The position numbers were made by a program, and so were the translations under genes. From Christensenellaceae bacterium (GTDB lineage: Bacteria; Bacillota; Clostridia; Christensenellales; CAG-138): a stretch of DNA of 24,000 nucleotides. The stretch spans positions 383,423-407,422 of the forward strand of contig OY762278.1 of the NCBI GenBank assembly GCA_963665515.1, read 5' to 3'. This document shows, piece by piece, positions 7,912 to 14,999 of the stretch. A model generated the notes under the pieces. It was not told where the DNA came from and searched no databases. It was given only the letters and a program-made list of their open reading frames with translations. Position 1 is the first letter of the stretch. Each line of letters starts with the position of its first letter.

Positions 7912-8288
7912 TGTCCGTCCTCCTCTATGCCCGTAACTTCAATCGACACGCCGTTGGGCATGCAAATAATCCAGTTATTCATCAGAATATCGTCGGAATG
8001 AGTGTGCGTATCAATCACGCCTTGTTTGACGCAAAGCTGGTTTTTGCAGGTGGAAGACTCCATCCGTACACCGCTTTCGCCAATGACGACAACATTCACC
8101 TTGCCATCGCCCTGATCGATGGTGATGGTTTGGTAGTCTTCCGCCGATACACGCGCATACACGTCACCGCCGACATAGATGGTCACCATCGCCGCAGAAT
8201 CCGCAGGCTGGACAAGCCGCGAAACGGCGAACGCGACCAGCGCAAGCAGCAGTACTCCGCCAATGATGAACCAGTCTGTTTTTCGCAT
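7908..8288 (-). CDS. NusG domain II-containing (DUF1312) membrane-anchored protein
   Basis: I prefer ATG 8288 (RBS GAGGGA 6 nt upstream), because the track start 8318 lies upstream of the predicted TSS. N-terminal TM WFIIGGVLLLALVAFAV. Motif CKNQLCVKQG....WIICMPNGVSIEV is typical of NusG_II proteins. Confidence 0.8.
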   Translation of the reverse strand: MRKTDWFIIGGVLLLALVAFAVSRLVQPADSAAMVTIYVGGDVYARVSAEDYQTITIDQGDGKVNVVVIGESGVRMESSTCKNQLCVKQGVIDTHTHSDDILMNNWIICMPNGVSIEVTGIEEDGQ

Positions 8289-8322
8289 AGGATTCCCTCG
8301 TGTTAATTTTATCAACAACGAT

Positions 8323-8331
8323 ATTGTACCA
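8323..8331 (-). promoter_or_regulatory. Extended -10 promoter element for the NusG_II/Gx/ApbE operon
   Basis: The minus strand reads TGgTACAAT, and there is no good -35. It lies about 35 nt upstream of ATG 8288. Confidence 0.45.
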
Positions 8332-8362
8332 CCTTTGCCGTCCGGCCTTCCACACTTTGGTG

Positions 8363-8401
8363 CAACAAAAACGCCGCCGGGAGGTTTGTCTCCAGGCGGC
8401 G
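8363..8401 (-). terminator. Rho-independent terminator of the DUF2992 gene
   Basis: Minus strand: CGCCGCCtGGAG-ACAAAC-CTCCcGGCGGCG followed by TTTTTGTTG, 8 nt after the stop at 8409. Confidence 0.8.
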
Positions 8402-8408
8402 CCGCGGG

Positions 8409-8822
8409 CTAATGCCCTCTGTGTTTGGCTTTCTTCTTTTCCTGTCGAAGCAGAATTTTTCGCTCGTCTTGTGCGTGTTTCTCCTCGCGGGACAGTTCTT
8501 TGTTCGCCTGTTTGCCGGCTTCATACTGCGCCTTCAGCGCCTGCTGCGCTTTTGTTCCAATACCGGTCGTTGAAACAGCGCGGGCAGCTTCCCGTTGCAT
8601 CCGCTTGGGATTCCCCATGGCCTTTCGCGTTACATCGCCAAATTCCGGTTTCGAAAACATAAGCGTGTAGTAGCGCTCCAGCACAAAAGCCAAGACTTCC
8701 GCGTCGCTCGGCTGCGCGCCAAACGTCGCTTTTGCGACGCAAAATGAACGGCCGTCCGTTCTTTCCCAAACACCAACCCAGAACGGGTCCTCAAAGAAAA
8801 CCGTACATGCAATGCTAATCAC
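8409..8822 (-). CDS. DUF2992 (YjdF-like) family protein, 137 aa
   Basis: GTG 8822 lies 7 nt after AGGAGG (8830-8835). VISIACTVFFEDPFWVGVWE...GNPKRMQREA...TKAQQALK...KKKAKHRGH matches my memory of the YjdF/DUF2992 family. The 192-aa track ORF (to 8987) is a spurious 5' extension through the leader. Confidence 0.8.
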   Translation of the reverse strand: MISIACTVFFEDPFWVGVWERTDGRSFCVAKATFGAQPSDAEVLAFVLERYYTLMFSKPEFGDVTRKAMGNPKRMQREAARAVSTTGIGTKAQQALKAQYEAGKQANKELSREEKHAQDERKILLRQEKKKAKHRGH

Positions 8823-8946
8823 ATCGCATCCTCCTGTCCGCGGCCGTCTTTTTTTCGAAGGCGGACAACCCCAGGAGGGCAGGTTACTGACGAAATAACT
8901 CGCATGCGGACTACCAACCGCATCGTGTTTTTCCTTCGCAGGCCGC
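8823..8946 (-). promoter_or_regulatory. Structured 5' leader, candidate yjdF-class riboswitch with SD sequestration
   Basis: About 124 nt lie between the predicted TSS and the start codon. Long-range helix: GCGGCC (8941-8946) pairs with GGCCGC (8840-8845), and CGAAGG with CCTTCG. Hairpin ATGCGG-TTGGTAGT-CCGCAT (8904-8923). CCTCCTG (8872-8878) is complementary to the SD CAGGAGG (8830-8836). The downstream gene belongs to the family the yjdF motif is named for. Confidence 0.4.
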
Positions 8947-8952
8947 AACGCG

Positions 8953-8981
8953 ATTGTAGCATGACTGCTTCCTCTTGGCAA
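8953..8981 (-). promoter_or_regulatory. Sigma-A promoter of the DUF2992 gene
   Basis: Minus strand: TTGCCA (8976-8981), 17-nt spacer, extended -10 TGcTACAAT (-10 hexamer at 8953-8958). Confidence 0.65.
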
Positions 8982-9061
8982 CCGCACAATATGATGATAT
9001 CGCAGACAAATAGACGTTTATCCGTTATACTCTAATTGTAAATCGAACAGGAGGTGTCGAC

Positions 9062-10075
9062 ATGAAGATACTGATGATTGGCGGAACAGGATTGCTCGGC
9101 AGTCAGGGTGCACGTGAACTTGTCAAGCGCGGACACTCGGTTCATTCCATCGCGCTTCCGCCTCTGCCACAGGGCGCTTTTCTCCCGCCGGAAATGACGC
9201 TGACGCTCGGTAACATAAACGATATGACGGATGAAGAACTAAAAAAACAGTTCGAAGGCGTTGAGGGGTTCGTCTTTGCCGCTGGTGTAGACGAACGCAT
9301 CGAAGGCCCCGCGCCCATCTACGATTTCTTTAAAAAGTACAACATTACGCCGTTGGAACGGCTTTTACGCATTGCAAAGCAAAGCGGTGTAAAACGCGCA
9401 GTCGTTGCGGGTTCCTATTTTTCCTACTTTGCCAAAACCCGACCGAAGCTGGAACTCACAAAATGGCATCCATATATCCGCAGCCGGATCGATCAGGAAA
9501 ACATGGCGCTTTCGTTTGCGGACGACGGCTTTAACGTAGCCATACTCGAACTGCCTTATATTTTCGGCGCCCAGAAAGGTCGTAAACCCGTTTGGGTGTT
9601 TCTTGTTAAAATGCTGCTCGGTATGAACGGCCCGGCATTCTATCCGCGCGGCGGAACGACGATGGTCACCGTCCGCCAGGTTGGCGAAGCCATTGCGGGC
9701 GGCATCGAATACAACAGCGGCGGGAACGCATATCCCATCGGCTGGTATAACATGACATGGAAGCAACTACTTTCCATCATGTACAAGCACATGGGATTCC
9801 CGAACAAGCGCATCATCACGATTCCCGACTGGATGTTTTCCATGAATGCAAAGAAAATCGATAAACAGCGCAAAGATGCCGGAACCGAAGGCGGATTGCT
9901 TATGGAAAAATTTACCGCCATGCAGACCAGCGAACTGTTCATCGACAAAGCGGAGGGCTGCCTTCCACTTGGCGTGACGGACGATGATATCGACGCGGCA
10001 ATCGGCGAGTCGGTTCAGCTCAGCATAGACGTGCTGCAAAAAAAAGCGACCGTGATTGATATGAAGGGCGAGTAA
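9062..10075 (+). CDS. NAD(P)-binding Rossmann protein, extended SDR / NAD-dependent epimerase-dehydratase family
   Basis: N-terminal MKILMIGGTGLLGSQGARELVKRGHSV (GxxGxxG) motif; 337 aa; AGGAGG RBS 7 nt upstream. Confidence 0.85.
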   Translation: MKILMIGGTGLLGSQGARELVKRGHSVHSIALPPLPQGAFLPPEMTLTLGNINDMTDEELKKQFEGVEGFVFAAGVDERIEGPAPIYDFFKKYNITPLERLLRIAKQSGVKRAVVAGSYFSYFAKTRPKLELTKWHPYIRSRIDQENMALSFADDGFNVAILELPYIFGAQKGRKPVWVFLVKMLLGMNGPAFYPRGGTTMVTVRQVGEAIAGGIEYNSGGNAYPIGWYNMTWKQLLSIMYKHMGFPNKRIITIPDWMFSMNAKKIDKQRKDAGTEGGLLMEKFTAMQTSELFIDKAEGCLPLGVTDDDIDAAIGESVQLSIDVLQKKATVIDMKGE

Positions 10076-10118
10076 TGCAGTTTCACTTTTTTCTTAAACG
10101 AAAGCTAATAAGTTGGAG

Positions 10119-10153
10119 CTAGGATAGGCCACTATCCTAGTTCTATTTTCTTG
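10119..10153 (+). terminator. Putative terminator after the SDR gene, at the left edge of the low-GC island
   Basis: CTAGGATAG-GCCA-CTATCCTAG (perfect 9-bp stem, 10119-10140) followed by TTCTATTTTCTT. Confidence 0.6.
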
Positions 10154-10203
10154 TAAAGCATTTTCGCGCAAGTTAATTTAAAATACTATGAGGGATTCAG
10201 TTT

Positions 10204-12165
10204 ATGAAACGAGCATATTACCAAAATAACATTCAAAATTTTTGCCAACAGACAGTGTCTGAAATTCTCGGAGAAATAGCATCAAACAATAATTTCGCGC
10301 TTGAACAAAAGCAGCGCGACGCTTGGTTGAAGGAAATTTCCATTCTGCAACACTCGCTTTCTTGTCTCTGTGATGGCGGCATTGTCTTTGAATATTCGAT
10401 TCCCCGAATTGGCGCTCGAATAGATAATGTGTTCATATGCCAAGGCACAATCTATGTTATTGAATTCAAAGTGGGCGAAAAAGCGTATCCAAAGCATGCT
10501 ATCGGGCAAGTACTCGACTATGCATTAGATTTAAAATATTTTCATCAAGCCAGCCAAACAAGAATAATCGTGCCAATTCTCGTATGCACACATGCTCCAA
10601 GTTATAACAACACAGTCGAAAAAGATGCTGACAATGTTTGCCACGTGATTCGTGCGAACGAATCCAACCTGCGCGATATAATTCTATCGTTAACTCAACA
10701 ATTTTCCGATATCCCATTAACCGTTGACAATTGGATTCAATCTCCTTACATGCCTACTCCTACAATTATTGAGGCCGCTCAAGCTTTGTATCGAGGTCAT
10801 GATGTTAATGATATCTCGCGTTGCGATTCAGATAGATACAATCTATCTCTTACAACAGAGGTAATCAACCAAATAATCGAAGTGAGCAAGAAATCTCATA
10901 AAAAATCTATTTGTTTCATAACCGGTGTGCCTGGTGCAGGAAAAACGCTTGTTGGTTTGAATGTCGCAAATTATCGGCACAACTTTATCGAAGATGAACA
11001 TGCTGTATTCCTTTCTGGAAATGGTCCGTTGGTGAAAGTACTGCGCGAGGCTTTAGCTCGAGATGAGTATGAACGATCTGATCATCATGTCAAGAAAGGA
11101 TTCTCAAAAAAGAAAGCAAGTGCCTTTATACAAAACATCCATCATTTTCGCGACGATGCTATTACATCAGGTTCTGTACCTATCGAAAAAATCGCCGTAT
11201 TCGATGAATCCCAGCGTGCTTGGACAAAAGAACAAACTTCCAGCTTTATGGCAAAAAAAGGTTGTTCCAATTGGACAATGTCCGAACCTGAATTCTTAAT
11301 CAGCGTAATGGATCGTCATACTGATTGGGCAGTTATCATTTGTCTTGTTGGCGGCGGACAGGAAATCAACACTGGCGAAGCAGGTCTTCCTGCTTGGTTT
11401 GCTGCACTAAAAGCAGGTTTCTCTCATTGGTCAGTATATGTTTCTAATAAGATCACTGATCTTGAATATACGCAGGGAATGCCATTAAATGACTTGTTTG
11501 GAGATCTTAGTGTCATTACTTATGAAAAACTTCATTTAGCAGTTTCATTGCGTTCATTTCGAAATGAACGTGTTTCAGAATTTGTCAAATCACTACTTGA
11601 TTTGAACCAAAATCGAGCACAAGAACTTGTTTTTGAGTTGGATCAAGATTATCCTATTGCCTTGACCCGAAACCTTCATATTGCTAAAAAGTGGGTGCGG
11701 CAGAAAGCACGTGGGAGCGAACGATGTGGATTAATCGCAAGTTCGGGTGCAAAACGGTTAAGAATGTTTGGTATATGGATACAAAGCAAAATAGAAGTGG
11801 AGGAATGGTTCTTAAATCCCGCTGATGATGTTCGTTCGTCATGTTTTCTTGAGGATACTGCAACAGAGTTTGACATTCAAGGGCTTGAGATCGATTGGGC
11901 GATTGTTGCCTGGGATGCTGATTATCGTTTTACCGAAGATCAATTTGTCTGTCATCGTTTCGTAGGCAAACGTTGGAATTTAGTAAGACAGCAGGAATCG
12001 CAGTTGTATTTAAAAAATTCATATCGCGTTCTTTTAACAAGAGCGCGTCAAGGTTTTATTATCTTCATCCCAAATGGAGATGATTCGGATTCTACAAGAA
12101 AACGTTCATATTACGATGGAACATATCAATATCTAAAAGCTCTTGGAATACAAGAAATCTTCTAG
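10204..12165 (+). CDS. PD-(D/E)xK (RecB-like) nuclease domain fused to a DUF2075/Schlafen-type P-loop ATPase (SF1 helicase-like), 653 aa
   Basis: Nuclease motifs: D74 (10423-10425), E87-F-K89 (10462-10470), QVLDY (10507-10521). Walker A GVPGAGKT (10924-10947). Walker B FDESQ (D334-E335 at 11203-11208). SF1 motif VI-like YRVLLTRARQG (12022-12054). RBS GAGGGA 8 nt upstream. GC is visibly about 40% or lower against about 55% in the flanks. Confidence 0.85.
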   Translation: MKRAYYQNNIQNFCQQTVSEILGEIASNNNFALEQKQRDAWLKEISILQHSLSCLCDGGIVFEYSIPRIGARIDNVFICQGTIYVIEFKVGEKAYPKHAIGQVLDYALDLKYFHQASQTRIIVPILVCTHAPSYNNTVEKDADNVCHVIRANESNLRDIILSLTQQFSDIPLTVDNWIQSPYMPTPTIIEAAQALYRGHDVNDISRCDSDRYNLSLTTEVINQIIEVSKKSHKKSICFITGVPGAGKTLVGLNVANYRHNFIEDEHAVFLSGNGPLVKVLREALARDEYERSDHHVKKGFSKKKASAFIQNIHHFRDDAITSGSVPIEKIAVFDESQRAWTKEQTSSFMAKKGCSNWTMSEPEFLISVMDRHTDWAVIICLVGGGQEINTGEAGLPAWFAALKAGFSHWSVYVSNKITDLEYTQGMPLNDLFGDLSVITYEKLHLAVSLRSFRNERVSEFVKSLLDLNQNRAQELVFELDQDYPIALTRNLHIAKKWVRQKARGSERCGLIASSGAKRLRMFGIWIQSKIEVEEWFLNPADDVRSSCFLEDTATEFDIQGLEIDWAIVAWDADYRFTEDQFVCHRFVGKRWNLVRQQESQLYLKNSYRVLLTRARQGFIIFIPNGDDSDSTRKRSYYDGTYQYLKALGIQEIF

Positions 12166-12171
12166 TGCAAA

Positions 12172-12202
12172 AATAGCGCCGTGCAAATTGCACGGCGCTA
12201 TT
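12172..12202. terminator. Bidirectional terminator (best as the ychF terminator)
   Basis: Perfect 15-bp inverted repeat AATAGCGCCGTGCAA-a-TTGCACGGCGCTATT. On the minus strand it is followed by TTTTTG. Confidence 0.75.
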
Positions 12203-12212
12203 GTTATAAAAA

Positions 12213-13304
12213 CTAAACGTTGAACCGGAACAGGGTTACGTCGCCGTCCTGCATCACGTACTCCTTGCCTTCGCTGCGGACGAGTCCTTTTTCCTTACAT
12301 GCGGCAATGGAGCCAAGCTCGGCAAGCGTATCAAACGGAACGATCTCCGCACGGATAAACCCTTTTTCAAAATCCGTGTGGATCTTGCCTGCGGCCTGCG
12401 GCGCTTTCGTTCCGCGCGTAATCGTCCATGCGCGGACTTCTTTCGGACCGGCCGTCAGATAGCTGATTAACCCAAGCAAACGGTAGCACGCCTTAACGAG
12501 CTGGTCGAGGCCGGATTCCTCAATACCGAGTTCCTGCAAAAAACCGTCCTTCTCGGCGGGATCGAGTTCAGCAATCTCCTCTTCCAACTTGCAGCAGATG
12601 GTCAGCGCTTCGGCGTTTTCGTCCTTCGCCAGCTCATACAAAGCCTTTACGTGTTCGCTCGGTTCGGTGCCGATTTCGTCTTCTCCGACGTTGGCAACAT
12701 AGATCACCGGTTTGCTTGTCAAAAGGAATAGTCCGCGGATCGTCTCCGCTTCTTCCTCGGTGACGTTCATGCTGCGCGCGGGTTTTCCGCTCTCCAGATG
12801 CGCATAGACACGCTCCAGCAGCTCGATTTCGCCCGGCAGTTTTTTGTCTCCCGTTTTCAGCAATTTCTTCGCGCGCTCGGTGCGCTTCTCCACCGTTTCC
12901 ATATCGGCAAAGACCAGCTCCAGCGAGATGGTTTCAACGTCCCGCTTCGGGTCGACGCTCCCGTCCACATGCACAACGTTTTCATCCTCAAAGCAACGCA
13001 CAACGTGCACGACGGCATCTACCTCGCGAATGTGCGACAAAAACTTGTTGCCAAGTCCTTCGCCACGACTCGCTCCGCGAACAAGACCCGCAATGTCCAC
13101 GAACTCGATCGTGGTGGGCGTATATTTTTCGGGATCATACATCTTTGCCAGAACATCCAAGCGTTCGTCCGGCACTGCTACCACGCCAACGTTCGGCTCA
13201 ATCGTGCAAAACGGGTAGTTCGCGGCCTGCGCGCCCGCCTGTGTGATTGCGTTAAAGAGCGTGCTCTTGCCAACGTTTGGCAGGCCGATCACTCCAAGTT
13301 TCAT
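12213..13304 (-). CDS. ychF: Redox-regulated ribosome-binding ATPase YchF
   Basis: MKLGVIGLPNVGKSTLFNAIT P-loop, NYPFCTIEPN, C-terminal TGS-like FIRAEIV...EGKEYVMQDGD; 363 aa; AGGAGG RBS. Confidence 0.95.
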   Translation of the reverse strand: MKLGVIGLPNVGKSTLFNAITQAGAQAANYPFCTIEPNVGVVAVPDERLDVLAKMYDPEKYTPTTIEFVDIAGLVRGASRGEGLGNKFLSHIREVDAVVHVVRCFEDENVVHVDGSVDPKRDVETISLELVFADMETVEKRTERAKKLLKTGDKKLPGEIELLERVYAHLESGKPARSMNVTEEEAETIRGLFLLTSKPVIYVANVGEDEIGTEPSEHVKALYELAKDENAEALTICCKLEEEIAELDPAEKDGFLQELGIEESGLDQLVKACYRLLGLISYLTAGPKEVRAWTITRGTKAPQAAGKIHTDFEKGFIRAEIVPFDTLAELGSIAACKEKGLVRSEGKEYVMQDGDVTLFRFNV

Positions 13305-13319
13305 AACAGGGTACCTCCT

Positions 13320-13343
13320 TTACTTTTCTTAAAAGAAAAGTAA
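13320..13343. repeat. Palindrome a: TTACTTTTCTT-aa-AAGAAAAGTAA
   Basis: Perfect 11-bp arms. On the minus strand it directly abuts the ychF SD (AGGAGG). A flanking 20-nt segment (13344-13364) is conserved with copy c. Confidence 0.9.
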
Positions 13344-13406
13344 AACAAAAGAATTTTTCTTACTTAACGATATATTGTCTTGCATTAAATGAGTTTTCTT
13401 TGCTTC

Positions 13407-13427
13407 TTTCTTTTTTAAAAAAAGAAA
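13407..13427. repeat. Palindrome b: TTTCTTTTTT-a-AAAAAAGAAA
   Basis: Perfect 10-bp arms, starting 1 nt after the gltX stop (13428-13430). Confidence 0.85.
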
Positions 13428-14864
13428 TCACAGTTTCGCCCGTCCGGCTTTCAGCCGTCTGAGCGTCTCTTCGCGGCCCAGCAACACGCCAATTTCGAAC
13501 GCGCCGCCGGGCGTGACCGCCTTGCCCGCCATGGCGATGCGCACCGGCCAGAGCACCGTGCCGTTCTTCATGCCTTTTTCCGCCGCAAGGCCGAGCATTG
13601 AATCGTGCAGCGCCGTCTCCGTCCACTCCGGTAAAGTTTCCAGAATCGGGATCGCAAGGTCGAGCACTTCCGCGGCGACCTCCGGGTTGGTCTTGCTTTT
13701 TTTATTGGTGAAAAGCTCCGCGTCGTACTCCGGCTGTTCCACCAGAAAATCCACCATGTCCGGAATCTGCGTGAACACCTCGGTGCGCTGCTGCAAAATG
13801 CGACACAACACGGACGTAGCCATGTCCGCAACACCCGCTTGCTCGTAGTAAGGCATGGCATGCGCGGTAAATTCTTCCGGCGAAAGCTTGCGGACATATT
13901 CCGCATTCATCCATGTGAGTTTGTTTACATCAAAAATTGCGGGCGATTTCGACATGCCGTCCACGTCAAATGTCTCGCAAAGTTCAGCAAGGGTAAAGAA
14001 CTCCCGATCATCGCCGGGATTCCAACCGAGCAGGGCGACATAGTTGACAATCGCTTCCTTGAGGTAGCCCTTTTTCAGATAGTCCTCGTAGTATGCGTCG
14101 CCGTCGCGCTTGCTGAGCTTGTGCGTTGCGTCGCGCATGATCGGCGTCATGTGGATATAGACCGGTTTCTCCCAGCCGAACGCATCGTAAAGCAAATTGT
14201 ATTTCGGCGTGCTGGCAAGGTATTCGTTGCCGCGCATCACGTGTGTAATGCCCATGGTATGGTCATCGATCACGTTTGCAAAATTATACGTCGGCATGCC
14301 GTCCGCCTTGATGAGGATCATGTCGTCCAAATCGGCGCAGTCCACCGCGATATGGCCGTAGATCACATCGTCAAACGACGCTTCGCCGGAGAGCGGCACG
14401 TTCTGCCGGATGACATACGATTCGCCCGCGTCGAGTTTTTTTTGAATTTCCTCCGGAGAAAGATGCAGGCAATGCTTGTCATACTTCCATACTTCGCCGT
14501 TTTGTTCGCTTTCCGCGCGCCGCGCGTCCAGTTCCTCTTTGGTGCAGAAGCAATAATACGCTTTACCCGCATCAACGAGCTGTTTTGCATAAGGCAGATA
14601 CATGTCCTTGCGCTTGCTCTGGACATACGGGCCATAGTCGCCGCCGACGTCCGGGCCTTCGTCCCATTGCATGCCGATGTCTTTCAGCGTGTTGTAGATC
14701 ACGTCCACCGCGCCTTCAACATAACGCGCCTGGTCGGTGTCCTCAATGCGCAGGATAAACTTGCCATCGTGTTTTCTGGCATAAAGATATGTATAGAGTG
14801 CACTCCGCAGATTGCCGAGGTGCATATAACCCGTCGGAGACGGGGCAAATCGGGTTCTTACCAT
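13428..14864 (-). CDS. gltX: Glutamate--tRNA ligase
   Basis: RFAPSPTGYMHLGNLRSALY (HIGH-type motif), ILRIEDTD, KLSKR (KMSKS-type motif); 478 aa; AGGAG RBS. Confidence 0.95.
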   Translation of the reverse strand: MVRTRFAPSPTGYMHLGNLRSALYTYLYARKHDGKFILRIEDTDQARYVEGAVDVIYNTLKDIGMQWDEGPDVGGDYGPYVQSKRKDMYLPYAKQLVDAGKAYYCFCTKEELDARRAESEQNGEVWKYDKHCLHLSPEEIQKKLDAGESYVIRQNVPLSGEASFDDVIYGHIAVDCADLDDMILIKADGMPTYNFANVIDDHTMGITHVMRGNEYLASTPKYNLLYDAFGWEKPVYIHMTPIMRDATHKLSKRDGDAYYEDYLKKGYLKEAIVNYVALLGWNPGDDREFFTLAELCETFDVDGMSKSPAIFDVNKLTWMNAEYVRKLSPEEFTAHAMPYYEQAGVADMATSVLCRILQQRTEVFTQIPDMVDFLVEQPEYDAELFTNKKSKTNPEVAAEVLDLAIPILETLPEWTETALHDSMLGLAAEKGMKNGTVLWPVRIAMAGKAVTPGGAFEIGVLLGREETLRRLKAGRAKL

Positions 14865-14889
14865 GAATCGCTCCTAAATTTCACTTTTC

Positions 14890-14913
14890 TTACTTTTCTT
14901 AAAATAAAAGTAA
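14890..14913. repeat. Palindrome c: TTACTTTTCTT-aa-AAtAAAAGTAA (one mismatch)
   Basis: Same sequence as palindrome a plus the conserved flank ACAAAAGAATTTTCT (14914-14928). It lies upstream of the gltX RBS. Confidence 0.85.
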
Positions 14914-14972
14914 ACAAAAGAATTTTCTATTCCAGTAGAATGTTTCCAAAATACAAAAGCAGCTTTTATTGA

Positions 14973-14999
14973 TTTTTTCTTTTCACTGAAAAGAAAAAA
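14973..14999. repeat. Palindrome d: TTTTTTCTTTTCA-c-TGAAAAGAAAAAA
   Basis: Perfect 13-bp arms, directly abutting the glnS stop codon (15000-15002). Confidence 0.9.

Noticed and set aside
8823-8987. 5' extension of the DUF2992 ORF (track ORF 8409..8987, 192 aa)
   Set aside because: The extension runs through the promoter and leader. Its translation (MRLPRGSSHATIALRPAKEK...) is not protein-like, whereas an AGGAGG SD lies 7 nt before GTG 8822, where family-like sequence begins.
10076-12212. Mobile-element hallmarks around the low-GC island (integrase, transposase, terminal inverted repeats, target-site duplication)
   Set aside because: I could find none by eye. The two flanking hairpins are unrelated in sequence and look like terminators of the neighbouring genes. 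I therefore call the region an island from composition only, not a defined mobile element.
14865-14999. T-box leaders upstream of gltX or glnS
   Set aside because: The spacers are only about 120-135 nt and AT-rich. I found no specifier-loop or T-box (AGGGUGGNACCGCG-like) sequence, so they are too short for a T-box riboswitch.
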